Shown here: piece after piece, positions 16,483 through 25,369 of the stretch
How the letters are laid out: each line of letters starts with the position of its first letter
Numbering within the stretch: the first letter of the stretch is position 1
DNA from: a virus
Lineage: Duplodnaviria; Caudoviricetes
DNA length: 46,238 nt
Strand: one strand, 5' to 3'
Virus record (IMG/VR): IMGVR_UViG_3300037100_000084
Coordinates: 1-46,238 of that record
Program-made: the position numbers and the translations under genes
Notes under the pieces: generated by a model
Told to the model about the DNA's origin: nothing
What the model saw: only the letters and a program-made list of their open reading frames with translations
Databases searched by the model: none

Positions 16483-17324
16483 TATGCCCTCACTCGAGCG
16501 TCGGCGCGGCGCTGTTCACGGTTGCGCGGGTCGGTGGGCAGGATCAACTGGCTCTTTGCAGCGGCCTCTTTAATGACCTCGGGTGCTCCGAAGCCAGTGA
16601 TCGACTTCAGCCCCGACATGCCGGTGCGATACATGGTCTCGTCCATCACGATCGTCTTCACGTGGCCGACCTTCGCTGCGGTGTTGACGTAGATGGGAAA
16701 GCCCAGCCCGTTGCGGATCCTCATGCAGAACGTCCAGTCCTCACCAAAGCTCTGGCCCTTGTACTCGCTCTCAGCGAACCACGGCGATGGCTCGGGGAAG
16801 GTCTGGGCCATGAGTTCGAGAATCCCGCGGTGAATGAGCAAGCACGCCGCCCCGGTCGCGTCGACCGAGACGACCTCGTTTGGCTCCCACTCTGACACCA
16901 GTGCAAAGGCCGATCCGTTGTTCGTTTCGGGATCGACGAAGCGATACATCGTCGGTAGGATCGAGCCGTGACCACCCCCGAAGCAAAGGCCACCAGTCAC
17001 TGGGCGCACGATCTGGCCCTGTTCGTTGCGCGTCCCGTCGAGGAGAGTGTGTACGAGCGACCCGTCAAACACCATGTCGGCGTCGAGCATGAGCAGCCAC
17101 TCGACGTCTTTCCAGGCTTCCTTCGCGAGGAAACTGCGGACTAGGTCGTTGCGGCCGGCCGCGATGCGAGGACCTGACTCGAGGAATGAGTGACCGGCTA
17201 CGAGCTCGGGAAGATCCAGTTCAGCGCGGCGCCTGTCCTCGTAAAAGAGCCTGATCACAGAGTCCATGAACTTGCCGCCCACGTTCCCTGGTTCGACCCA
17301 GCACAAGATGACCTGGTCGGTCAT
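16482..17324 (-). CDS. Glycosyltransferase (GT-A fold, GT2-like)
   Basis: GRN.LV..FL, WLLMLDADM (DxD), GAACLLI.R, GED..FC.R, VGHVK. Confidence 0.85.
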   Translation of the reverse strand: MTDQVILCWVEPGNVGGKFMDSVIRLFYEDRRRAELDLPELVAGHSFLESGPRIAAGRNDLVRSFLAKEAWKDVEWLLMLDADMVFDGSLVHTLLDGTRNEQGQIVRPVTGGLCFGGGHGSILPTMYRFVDPETNNGSAFALVSEWEPNEVVSVDATGAACLLIHRGILELMAQTFPEPSPWFAESEYKGQSFGEDWTFCMRIRNGLGFPIYVNTAAKVGHVKTIVMDETMYRTGMSGLKSITGFGAPEVIKEAAAKSQLILPTDPRNREQRRADARVRA

Positions 17325-17668
17325 TACGACCAGAAGAGACAGCCGGTGAGGTCGGCGTTGTCACAGACCGCGAAGAGGCCGTCCTTGAAGTAGACACCAC
17401 GGTCTGTGAGGAACTCCTTGGACGCCGGCGTGGCACCGCAGACGATCTCGAAGAGCAGTGTTCCACTGGCGCTAGGCGCAGCAGGCTTGCCGGTCCCGAG
17501 AACGCCGGGGAGGGGAACGTAGAACTTCACGTTGTGGCCTGCGCTGTCGGAGTTGCCCAATGCCCAGCCGTTCAGCGTCACCTCGTAGGGGGCGATCTGA
17601 GGGCCGACGATGATTCCGGTTACCCCGGTGAGAAGTTGAGGCTGAATTAAGCCAATTCCACGACCCAT
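17324..17668 (-). CDS. Putative capsid decoration / small structural protein
   Basis: Immediately downstream of the MCP; beta-rich; G..F..GL motif. Confidence 0.55.
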   Translation of the reverse strand: MGRGIGLIQPQLLTGVTGIIVGPQIAPYEVTLNGWALGNSDSAGHNVKFYVPLPGVLGTGKPAAPSASGTLLFEIVCGATPASKEFLTDRGVYFKDGLFAVCDNADLTGCLFWS

Positions 17669-17686
17669 GTTGCTCCAATCTCGTGG

Positions 17687-17731
17687 CCCAACCGGGCCGA
17701 TCTAGTACGAGACTAGACCAGCCCGGTCGAG
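17687..17731 (-). terminator. Long hairpin directly after the major capsid gene (terminator or mRNA stabiliser)
   Basis: ctcgaccgggctggtctagt / actagatcggcccggttggg, a 20-bp stem with G-U pairs; no U tract. Confidence 0.55.
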
Positions 17732-17740
17732 CACCAGCGC

Positions 17741-18862
17741 TTAGGTAAGCGCTGAGAACCGAGCCGAGTGGCTCTGGACGCGGTAGCGCAGGGACTTCTC
17801 AGCCAGCACCTGGCCGAGCGTCGAGTCGCCGGTCTTGGCGAGCATCTCGAACTGCATGGGTCGCAGTGTGCAGATGGTCGCCTGTTCGCGGCTGAACAGG
17901 AACGCTTGGTTGGTGAGGCACCAGCGGTTGAGGATGATGCTCCACTCGCCGAAGTCCGTGTCGTAGCTGCGCACGACTTGACCACGCTTGTCCGTCTCCT
18001 GCCAGTAACGGATGTTCGTGCTGTCCAAGTACGACAGCGTCCGCTTCTGCTTGGAGCCGACCATGAAGCGGTCAGGTGTGCCACCAGCGTCAAAGCACGC
18101 CTGGGCTTGGACCATCAGCGCCGAGTCGCTCAGGGTCGTGGTCGTCGAGTCGACGTTGGAGAGGATCCAGTTCGTGAACCCTCCCATCGTGCGTCCGACG
18201 GTCGCCGATCCTGCGCTCACGATGCCGTTGATCAGGGCCTGCTCGAACCCGATCGCCAATTCCTTGATGCGGTTGGCGACCTGGTGGTCGAACTCAGTCC
18301 CGACGAGGCCGTACTTCTGGACCACGTTCTCCGTGCCCGACACCTGGACAGCCACGGGCCCAAAGATCTGGGTGTAGTTGAACCGGTCAGTGCGGTCGAC
18401 GGCGCGCGCCGACGGAGGAGCCGAACCTTCAGCCAGCGCTGAGCCCAGCCCGATCACGGTGTCACCGGTTGCCCAGGTGGTCGCTGTGGTCGAGTTGAAG
18501 CCTCGCGTGACGACGAGGAAGTCGACGGTGGTCCCGTAGGCCGTGACCAAGAGCTGCTCGGAGTCAATTTGCAGAACGTCGCCGGTCTGGAAGTTGATTC
18601 CGGTGCCCGCCGCGACCTGGATCGTCGTCTGAGTCGACGTCGCCGTGGCCGCGTTGGTGGTCTTCGGGGTGAGCAAGGTCTCGTCGAGCCACTCGACCTT
18701 CTTCTCGAAGCAACTGGCCGAGGAGAGCGCTGTTCTGCCGTCCGCGCCCATGCCGCCCTGGAGAGGAACGTCGAAGGGGCTGATGAGGAAGATCGCATCC
18801 TCGACGTCGAGCTTTACGCCCGCGACGAGGTCATACGTCTGGAAAGTACCGGGAATTGCCAT
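17741..18862 (-). CDS. Major capsid protein (SU10-like/DUF5309 type) with inserted beta domain
   Basis: EWLDE...NYTQIF...VSGT...E...Q...KEL...E.ALING...RTMGG...LAKTGDS. Confidence 0.88.
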   Translation of the reverse strand: MAIPGTFQTYDLVAGVKLDVEDAIFLISPFDVPLQGGMGADGRTALSSASCFEKKVEWLDETLLTPKTTNAATATSTQTTIQVAAGTGINFQTGDVLQIDSEQLLVTAYGTTVDFLVVTRGFNSTTATTWATGDTVIGLGSALAEGSAPPSARAVDRTDRFNYTQIFGPVAVQVSGTENVVQKYGLVGTEFDHQVANRIKELAIGFEQALINGIVSAGSATVGRTMGGFTNWILSNVDSTTTTLSDSALMVQAQACFDAGGTPDRFMVGSKQKRTLSYLDSTNIRYWQETDKRGQVVRSYDTDFGEWSIILNRWCLTNQAFLFSREQATICTLRPMQFEMLAKTGDSTLGQVLAEKSLRYRVQSHSARFSALT

Positions 18863-18874
18863 TTTGTTCAGTCC

Positions 18875-19201
18875 TTAGGTCGTGGTGGTGGCTCGGCTGG
18901 ATGCTTCCAACTTCGCCCTGTTGTCCTCGATCTGATGGGCTTTCCTATTGAACTCAACCTGGCGCATGGTTTCCCCGTCGGCACGAAGGTACGGCATCTC
19001 GCTCCCGTCCGGTCGTCTCGAGGTGGGGATACCAGCCTCATACGACGCGTTCGGCGTTCGAGCCTTACCTCGTCTGGTCCTGCTTCGAAAGTCTCGTGGG
19101 AGACCTACGCCGACAGAGCCAATGTGACACTTGAAGCATTGAACCTCGCGCGTCCGACAAAGTTCGTCGTCGTGCTCGGGGCGCTCAACTTCCGGGGACA
19201 T
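18875..19201 (-). CDS. Hypothetical head-module protein
   Basis: ORF track; between scaffold and MCP. Confidence 0.6.
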   Translation of the reverse strand: MSPEVERPEHDDELCRTREVQCFKCHIGSVGVGLPRDFRSRTRRGKARTPNASYEAGIPTSRRPDGSEMPYLRADGETMRQVEFNRKAHQIEDNRAKLEASSRATTTT

Positions 19202-19742
19202 CCAACTTGCTTCTTGATCCGTCCCGGTTCAGCGTCTCCAACTGTCCCTCCATGGCGCCAACGGCTCGCGTGTGGAGCAGAGCACCGATTCCTTGGGCTT
19301 CGGAGCCACCTGCAGCGATGACGGCTCTGCCCTCATCGACGCTTTGACTTCTCACGTCAGGAACTGCCGCTCCACTGGGCTGGGCTCCGTCAACGAGTGC
19401 TGCTCGCTCGGCGCTTCCCGTCGGGGCGACAACTGGTGCTGCTGGTGTTGCAGGCGCTCCTGGAGCCGCCGCTGGAGATTCGCCCTTGATGATGATCGGG
19501 TCAAACTCCTTGGCTTCTGCCAGAACCGCGTCTCGATCGGTGATGTCGCTCGTAAGAGTCGCGGCGAACGCCCGACCTTTGGGGGTCGAGAGGTCGATGC
19601 CAAGCTCGAGTAGCGCCACCTTCTTTTCGAGTTCGGGAACCTGAGCCGCTCGCTCCCCCATTTTCGCTGCGTACTCACGCAACTGCTTTGGGGCTTCGGG
19701 ACTGTTCAGGTCGATCTGGTCAAGGGTGAGTTCAGGTGCCAT
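19185..19742 (-). CDS. Putative capsid scaffolding protein
   Basis: Helical N-terminus, Ala/Pro linker, upstream of the MCP, GGAGA SD. Confidence 0.65.
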   Translation of the reverse strand: MAPELTLDQIDLNSPEAPKQLREYAAKMGERAAQVPELEKKVALLELGIDLSTPKGRAFAATLTSDITDRDAVLAEAKEFDPIIIKGESPAAAPGAPATPAAPVVAPTGSAERAALVDGAQPSGAAVPDVRSQSVDEGRAVIAAGGSEAQGIGALLHTRAVGAMEGQLETLNRDGSRSKLDVPGS

Positions 19743-19949
19743 TCAAATCATCTCCATAGCTACGCGGACGCGCGGAGAACGCGCCCGGATCGTTTGTGGT
19801 GAAGAGGAAACAGGGACTCGCTACCACGGCGAGACTGTCTGGCCTAGGTACGGAGTGTGAGCGGCGACCTCACACCTCGATGAGTCAGCTCTCGGGTTCG
19901 ACACCGGCCGTTCTCGCTCGTAAACGTATCACCTCTAATTGCATAAAAT

Positions 19950-20444
19950 GTGTTTATGTCTCGTGCCAAGCATTGTCGCGTTCCAGGATGCGAAGAACTT
20001 AAATCAAAAATGGGTCTATGCGATAGCCATCTGGAGGAGTTCGACCCGGCAATAGTGCTCGGGCCCGCGCGGCCTAAACCGTTACCCGATCCCATGTGCA
20101 TCTTCTCCCAGTGCGACGGGTTCGCACTTGAAGGATTTTCCTACTGTGTCGGCCACGTCCTCCAGATCATGCACGGACGCCGATTACGTCCAGTTCAAAG
20201 ACGCGACGGAAACTATCGGTTCGTTCAATTCAACGGGAAGCGCGTCGCGGAACATCGCTGGGTCATGGAGAAAATTCTGAAGCGACCCCTTGGCGACGGC
20301 GAGAATGTTCACCACAAAAATGGGGTGCGCGATGACAACCGCGAATCGAACCTCGAGCTTTGGGTTATTTCCCAGCCCTCAGGTCAGCGCCCCGATGACC
20401 TGGTCAAGCAGGCTAAAGAGATTCTCGGACGTTACGCCCGCTGA
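19950..20444 (+). CDS. HNH endonuclease (HNH_3 type) with N-terminal C..GC...GLC..H zinc motifs
   Basis: EHRWVME..L.RPL...[19 protein letters not shown]. Confidence 0.92.
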   Translation: MFMSRAKHCRVPGCEELKSKMGLCDSHLEEFDPAIVLGPARPKPLPDPMCIFSQCDGFALEGFSYCVGHVLQIMHGRRLRPVQRRDGNYRFVQFNGKRVAEHRWVMEKILKRPLGDGENVHHKNGVRDDNRESNLELWVISQPSGQRPDDLVKQAKEILGRYAR

Positions 20445-20619
20445 CTCCACGGCTACGCGGCCATCTCCATCTGGAAGGTGACTGTAGCACGGAGCACACG
20501 TGAGAATCGCGATCAAGCAAAACACTTTGCATCCCGTAGTGGGGCGGCGAGTTCTCTTTGCACTTCCGACAGCGGAACCACACGTGTCCGAGTCGGTCAC
20601 GGCGAATCTCGCTTCTCAC
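20413..20619 (-). CDS. Small zinc-ribbon protein
   Basis: AGGAGG SD before GTG; CRKC...HVC. Confidence 0.45.
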   Translation of the reverse strand: MRSEIRRDRLGHVWFRCRKCKENSPPHYGMQSVLLDRDSHVCSVLQSPSRWRWPRSRGVSGRNVRESL

Positions 20620-20732
20620 GAGCACCTCCTAGAAGAGATAGACCCGGTTACGCACCCGCGAGCGCCATTTCTGACGTGGGGGACGGTAAGGCTGTAACGG
20701 TGGTTTGCAGATGAGCCATTGGTTGAAAGTTC

Positions 20733-23108
20733 TCATACGCCAACCATAAACAGGAGAGGCGTAGCGTTTCCGGCTGAAGTAACAACGTTGGCAGCGGTGA
20801 TTGAGGTCGGTAGCGAACCGGTAATGGAGTTGAAGTCCACGGCGATCCGCAGGCCCAGACCTGAAAGCCCCTGATTGAGCAGTCCGGCTAGACCACCAGA
20901 CTTTGCAACAGTGGGAGCCGTCGTTCCGTTGCAGACGAATGCCGCGAAATAGTCCTGCCCGGCGACTAGATCAAGGGAGTTCGCCGCTTGCGCGGTCAGT
21001 GCGGTTGAGTACGTCCCCGCAGTCGTCCATACGCCGCTCTGGTCCGCCGAATAGCCGAGAAGAGTGGCCTGCCCAGCAGTTGACTGCCCCGTGTCATAGA
21101 TGCCCACGTAGTTCTCGTTCGCCGTAAGAACTGAGCCGCCATTGGTCACGTCGTAGCAGATGTGCCCGGCAATCCCCGTCTTTGCGGCACGAAACCGCAC
21201 GAGAATCAACTTGGAAAGGGTGGGAGTGAAGCCAGTCGGGTAGGCGTTGTTGGGATCACACGTCCACCCCAACCATCCGAACGAGTCAGCAGTGGGTGGG
21301 GTCGCTCCAAGTTGTGCGACCGAAGTCGTGGTCGTGCTGATGGAACTCATCACGGTCGTGTTGCCGAAGTTGCAACCGCTCACGGTGACAGCGGTGACGA
21401 CGGCGGACGCGTTCGTGACGGAGATTATTTTCCCGTTGGTAGCGGGCGAGTTGCAATTAACGAGATTGATCTGACCGATGGTGCACGCAGCGTTGACCAA
21501 GACCATGTTGCAGCCAGTGGTGTTCCCGGTGAGGTCCACTTCACGAAGATTGACCTGGTTCACCGTGACGTTGGCGACCGAGGCGTTCAGCACGGAGGTG
21601 GCGGCCCCGCTGTATTGAGCATTGACGACGCCGGTCAGGTCGAGAGTGTCGATGGTGACAGTTGACGCTCCGGTTATCTGACACGCTGCGGTGAGGGCGT
21701 AATTCACTCCGCTGGTGGAGTACATGCCCCAGTCGAACGCGGCCTTTATCTTCTTCGCGGCGGGGCTGATGAGCCCGACAATGCACGGAGCATTGACGAT
21801 TCTCCCAGCGATCACTCCCAGGTCGATATAGCCGTACGTCCCACCCACCATTGCGGTCCACACTGAATCGTCACCGACCCACACACCCTGGTTCGTCCCG
21901 TTCGCGCTGCCTCGCACAACGCCAACCTCAACGTCGTCAATCAGATTTCCGGCGCCCGCGATGAGGGTGCACCAACCGAGATTCGATTGCATGTCGATCT
22001 TATTGATTTTGATGCCTACGACGTTTCCGGAAATATCGGACATCGTGGGCTTGATTGAGCCCGACACGGAAAATGCATCGTCACCGCTGACGCCAGTCAG
22101 TTCGTCGATATAGAGGCCATAATGTGGCCCGGTGACGTGCCATATGTCGGTGTTGATCGCTGTGGTATTCGCGCCACGGACGTTACCTCTTCCGTCGGTA
22201 GCGTCGCCCACGCAGACGATGAACCCCTTGGCCGAGGCCGTGACGCCTTGAAGATCGACGGTGTAGTGATCGAGGTGCCGCAGAAGAAACTTGGCGCAGT
22301 ACAAGTCGTCGGCTGCGTCAGTGTTGGTGCCGAAGTTCCAATACCCTCCGATGATGCGAACGTTCGTATCACGAGTCCAAGTGCACACGTTCGCGCTGCT
22401 GACGGTATTGGAAGCAGCCAGCGTGCCGATGCCGGTCCCACCGCTTCCATCTATCTGAACGACGGTGATCGTATTGGTTCCCGTGTTGATGGCGTGAATC
22501 GCTCCGCAGATAGGAACGAGACCCGCCGCGCCAGCACCGGCCACGGTGAGCGACTGTCCGACCGTCGCGGTCGCAGCGAGCGATGTGACGCACGTGTTCG
22601 CCCCGGATGTCATCGCACCGTCGTTCGCGACGGAACCCGAGACGAGCGAGTAGTTGACGATAGGTGAAGCGCCTGTCCCGTTGACCAGCGTCACGGTGCA
22701 GTCGGTCATATCCAGCGTGGTGTTCGATCCGATGATGAGAGAGGCGTAGATCGTTGTTGTAGCCAGCGTGGCAGAGTTCGTGATTGGAGTCGCGGACGCA
22801 GTGATGTAGTACGTCGAACCAGGGTTTCCTCGAACGGTTCCCCCGCCTGCGATGCGAGCCGCAGTAAGTGCCGCTTGAAGTGCAGCGGTATCGGTCGCAC
22901 CAGTTGTATCACCGGAAGCCCGAATCATCGGCAGCCCATTCAGGTTCGCTAATGCTGTTACTGGGTTGGCTACATCTGAGAGGTTGTTGGCGCCGAGTAG
23001 AGCGCCCTCCCCAGGGGTGACCGTATGCGTGTGCCCCGGATTGACCATGGGGTCAAGGCCGTAGTCAGGACTATTGGGGTCGTACTTTCCTGGCGCTTGA
23101 CGAGGCAT
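20733..23108 (-). CDS. Tailspike / receptor-binding protein with predicted right-handed beta-helix (depolymerase-like)
   Basis: NNLSDV anchor motif, D.TGATDTAALQAA..A, GDD motif, Asn/Gly/Val/Thr-rich repeats. Confidence 0.75.
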   Translation of the reverse strand: MPRQAPGKYDPNSPDYGLDPMVNPGHTHTVTPGEGALLGANNLSDVANPVTALANLNGLPMIRASGDTTGATDTAALQAALTAARIAGGGTVRGNPGSTYYITASATPITNSATLATTTIYASLIIGSNTTLDMTDCTVTLVNGTGASPIVNYSLVSGSVANDGAMTSGANTCVTSLAATATVGQSLTVAGAGAAGLVPICGAIHAINTGTNTITVVQIDGSGGTGIGTLAASNTVSSANVCTWTRDTNVRIIGGYWNFGTNTDAADDLYCAKFLLRHLDHYTVDLQGVTASAKGFIVCVGDATDGRGNVRGANTTAINTDIWHVTGPHYGLYIDELTGVSGDDAFSVSGSIKPTMSDISGNVVGIKINKIDMQSNLGWCTLIAGAGNLIDDVEVGVVRGSANGTNQGVWVGDDSVWTAMVGGTYGYIDLGVIAGRIVNAPCIVGLISPAAKKIKAAFDWGMYSTSGVNYALTAACQITGASTVTIDTLDLTGVVNAQYSGAATSVLNASVANVTVNQVNLREVDLTGNTTGCNMVLVNAACTIGQINLVNCNSPATNGKIISVTNASAVVTAVTVSGCNFGNTTVMSSISTTTTSVAQLGATPPTADSFGWLGWTCDPNNAYPTGFTPTLSKLILVRFRAAKTGIAGHICYDVTNGGSVLTANENYVGIYDTGQSTAGQATLLGYSADQSGVWTTAGTYSTALTAQAANSLDLVAGQDYFAAFVCNGTTAPTVAKSGGLAGLLNQGLSGLGLRIAVDFNSITGSLPTSITAANVVTSAGNATPLLFMVGV

Positions 23109-23114
23109 CGGACC

Positions 23115-23354
23115 CTACTTTCCGTTTTTGCGAGCGTTAATGCCCAGTTGAGCGCGGGCTTTGGCCTTGATCATCGACGCCTGAGACGTCGAGATATTCC
23201 CCGCGTTCGCTGATCGAGTGGCTCCTGAGATCGCCGCGCGTGCGTGCTTCTTGTCAGGCATCGGAAAGGCTGGTGCCTTCGATCCCTTGGTTCCACCGGA
23301 CAGAGCGAAGGTTGACTTCGGCAGTGCCCGGCGCTGGCGCGCGGTGAGGGCCAC
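23115..23354 (-). CDS. Small basic phage protein (R..LP.S.FA...FP.PD..HAR.A, DUF6582-like)
   Basis: Motif recognition. Confidence 0.7.
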   Translation of the reverse strand: MALTARQRRALPKSTFALSGGTKGSKAPAFPMPDKKHARAAISGATRSANAGNISTSQASMIKAKARAQLGINARKNGK

Positions 23355-23833
23355 TATTCCGTCTGGACGTCTGAGCCTTCGGGCAGCGACTCGGTCGGCT
23401 CAACTTCGCCGTCGTGGTCGTGTGCCTCGGACTCCGCTTCGACCTCTTCGGCTCGCGCTTCGGCCTCGGTGTCACCGTCGTCGTCGTTGATCGTCCGCTC
23501 GGCATTGTCCTCTTCGGCGTCGGCCTTCTCGTCGGCCTTCTCCTCGTCGGTGAGGACTGGCTCTTCGTAGGTGTACTGCGAAGAGACCGAAACTGACAGG
23601 ATCGTCTGCTCGCCCTTCTCGTGGGTACGGTCCACGCCTGAGAACGTGACCAGGAACGGACCTTCGCCGATCGTGTCACAGAGATCCTTGGCGGCCTTCA
23701 TGGCTCCAGGAAACAGGCCGTCCTTCTCAAGTTCCGAGAGTTGGCCGCTGGCCGCGAGCTCGGCGGCAAGGCTTTCCTCGTTGATTTCGTCGGACGCCTT
23801 GGCGCTAACGGTGATATTGAAACCTCGGGCCAC
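23354..23833 (-). CDS. Highly acidic hypothetical protein
   Basis: AAGGAGG SD; E/D-rich C-terminal half. Confidence 0.75.
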   Translation of the reverse strand: MARGFNITVSAKASDEINEESLAAELAASGQLSELEKDGLFPGAMKAAKDLCDTIGEGPFLVTFSGVDRTHEKGEQTILSVSVSSQYTYEEPVLTDEEKADEKADAEEDNAERTINDDDGDTEAEARAEEVEAESEAHDHDGEVEPTESLPEGSDVQTE

Positions 23834-23861
23834 GTGGCCTCCTTCGTCAAGTGGAATCGTA

Positions 23862-24236
23862 TCAGCGACCAGGCGCTGGCGGTGGCACTATGCCACCTTC
23901 TCCCAAGCCGGCGATTGTCGGTGCGCTGGGGTCACCAGGTGCTGCAGATTCAAGAGTCGCTTCACTGATGTTGGCACTGCCGAACTGAGTGATGTCGGCG
24001 AGGGGCGCTGAGCCGATCTGCTCCAAGTCGGCGTTGATCTGGTCCTGCTCGTCCTTTCGGCCCTGTTGCAAGTTCGCCCAGTAGTTGGCGCGCGCCGTCT
24101 CGCTCTGGGGGCTGAGCTTGCGGTCGGTGCGTTGCTTCTGAGCCCACGAGCGATCGAGAGGGAAATGCTTTGGATCGGCGGTGCGGCGTGGGCGAATGGT
24201 GCCCTTCGAACCGCGCGGCCGTGAAGGCTTTCTCAA
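23862..24236 (-). CDS. Hypothetical protein
   Basis: ORF track; overlaps the upstream stop. Confidence 0.55.
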   Translation of the reverse strand: MRKPSRPRGSKGTIRPRRTADPKHFPLDRSWAQKQRTDRKLSPQSETARANYWANLQQGRKDEQDQINADLEQIGSAPLADITQFGSANISEATLESAAPGDPSAPTIAGLGEGGIVPPPAPGR

Positions 24237-25369
24237 TACGGCTTGGCAGTGGCGAGACCGCTGAAGCCCTCTGACTCAGTGTTCGCAGCTGCGCCGCCTC
24301 CGCGGAACTCATTCGCCCGGGCCAGTGCCGCCTGGTGAACCTGCTGGTCAGCGTTAGCGTCAAGACCGAACGCGGCCTCGACACCCTGATTCGATTCGGT
24401 CATGGGGGCGTTGGCGTTCTGCGTGCCGGGCACCGGGGTCTGGCTGTTCTGCTCACCGACCGTCTGCTCGAAGAGACCGGCCTCGGCGGTCAGGCTCTTG
24501 AAGGTCGACTGCGCGCTCGAATAGGTCTGGCCCATGTCAGCGAGACGCTGGCTGAGGCCCTGGCTGATCGTGAGGTTGCTCGCGGCCGCGGCGCCCTGGA
24601 TCTGTGCGCCAGCGAGCATCTTTTGCAGCGTCACGGGGTCGATGTCGGGGTTGAGGAAGACCATGGCCAGAGCAGTGGGCCCGTTGGTCGCTCCAAACTC
24701 CTGAGCGAAGTAGTTCTGCACTTCGGCCGGCGCGTTCTCCACGGCATCGAAGCCAGCCGTGATCCGAGCAGCCACCTCGCTGGTGCTGTTGCCCTGAGCG
24801 ATGAGTTGGCCGACGGTCGTCGGGTTGATGAGCGATGTCGGGACGCCGCCCTGGAGCATCGCCGCAGTAATGCCCTCTTCGGCCGTGACGTAGTCCCCGA
24901 CGGTGCGAACGTACCCGTTTTGGAGGGCCTGCGCGTAGCCGGGGAAGGCAGTCTGGAACTGGCCAGTCGACGGGAGAAGGGTCGTGATCATGTCGGTGAT
25001 CGTGGTCGGATCAGTGAGACCCTCGCTGGTGATCGTGCTCCAAAAGTACGATCCGAGCGTCTGGCCCGCGTTCACCCCACCGGTCGCTACCTGGTTGGGG
25101 TCCATGCCGACGGTCATCAGCGCCGAGTCGATGATCTGCTGAGCGGTGTTGAAGTCGAGCGTCGAGGTAACGCCGTTCACGGTCTCGTTCAGCGTCGGGT
25201 CGTTCGGATTGGTGGTCACGTCGACACCGTTCGGAGGAGTCGTGGTCGTGGGAGTGGCTGGCGGTGGAGTGGTCGTAGGCGCAGGCGTTGTCGGCGTGGG
25301 GGTTGCGGCCGCGTACTGCTGTTGAAGAAGCTTCTCTTCGGCCTGTGTGGAGTCGAGTATCGAGGTCAC
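24233..25369 (-). CDS. Putative internal virion (ejection) protein
   Basis: Helical Ala/Gln-rich; Thr/Pro N-terminus; synteny after portal. Confidence 0.6.
   Translation of the reverse strand: MTSILDSTQAEEKLLQQQYAAATPTPTTPAPTTTPPPATPTTTTPPNGVDVTTNPNDPTLNETVNGVTSTLDFNTAQQIIDSALMTVGMDPNQVATGGVNAGQTLGSYFWSTITSEGLTDPTTITDMITTLLPSTGQFQTAFPGYAQALQNGYVRTVGDYVTAEEGITAAMLQGGVPTSLINPTTVGQLIAQGNSTSEVAARITAGFDAVENAPAEVQNYFAQEFGATNGPTALAMVFLNPDIDPVTLQKMLAGAQIQGAAAASNLTISQGLSQRLADMGQTYSSAQSTFKSLTAEAGLFEQTVGEQNSQTPVPGTQNANAPMTESNQGVEAAFGLDANADQQVHQAALARANEFRGGGAAANTESEGFSGLATAKPY

Noticed and set aside
11782-23108. Diversity-generating retroelement or invertase shufflon acting on the fibres
   Set aside because: No reverse transcriptase, TR/VR pair, invertase or inverted crossover sites seen
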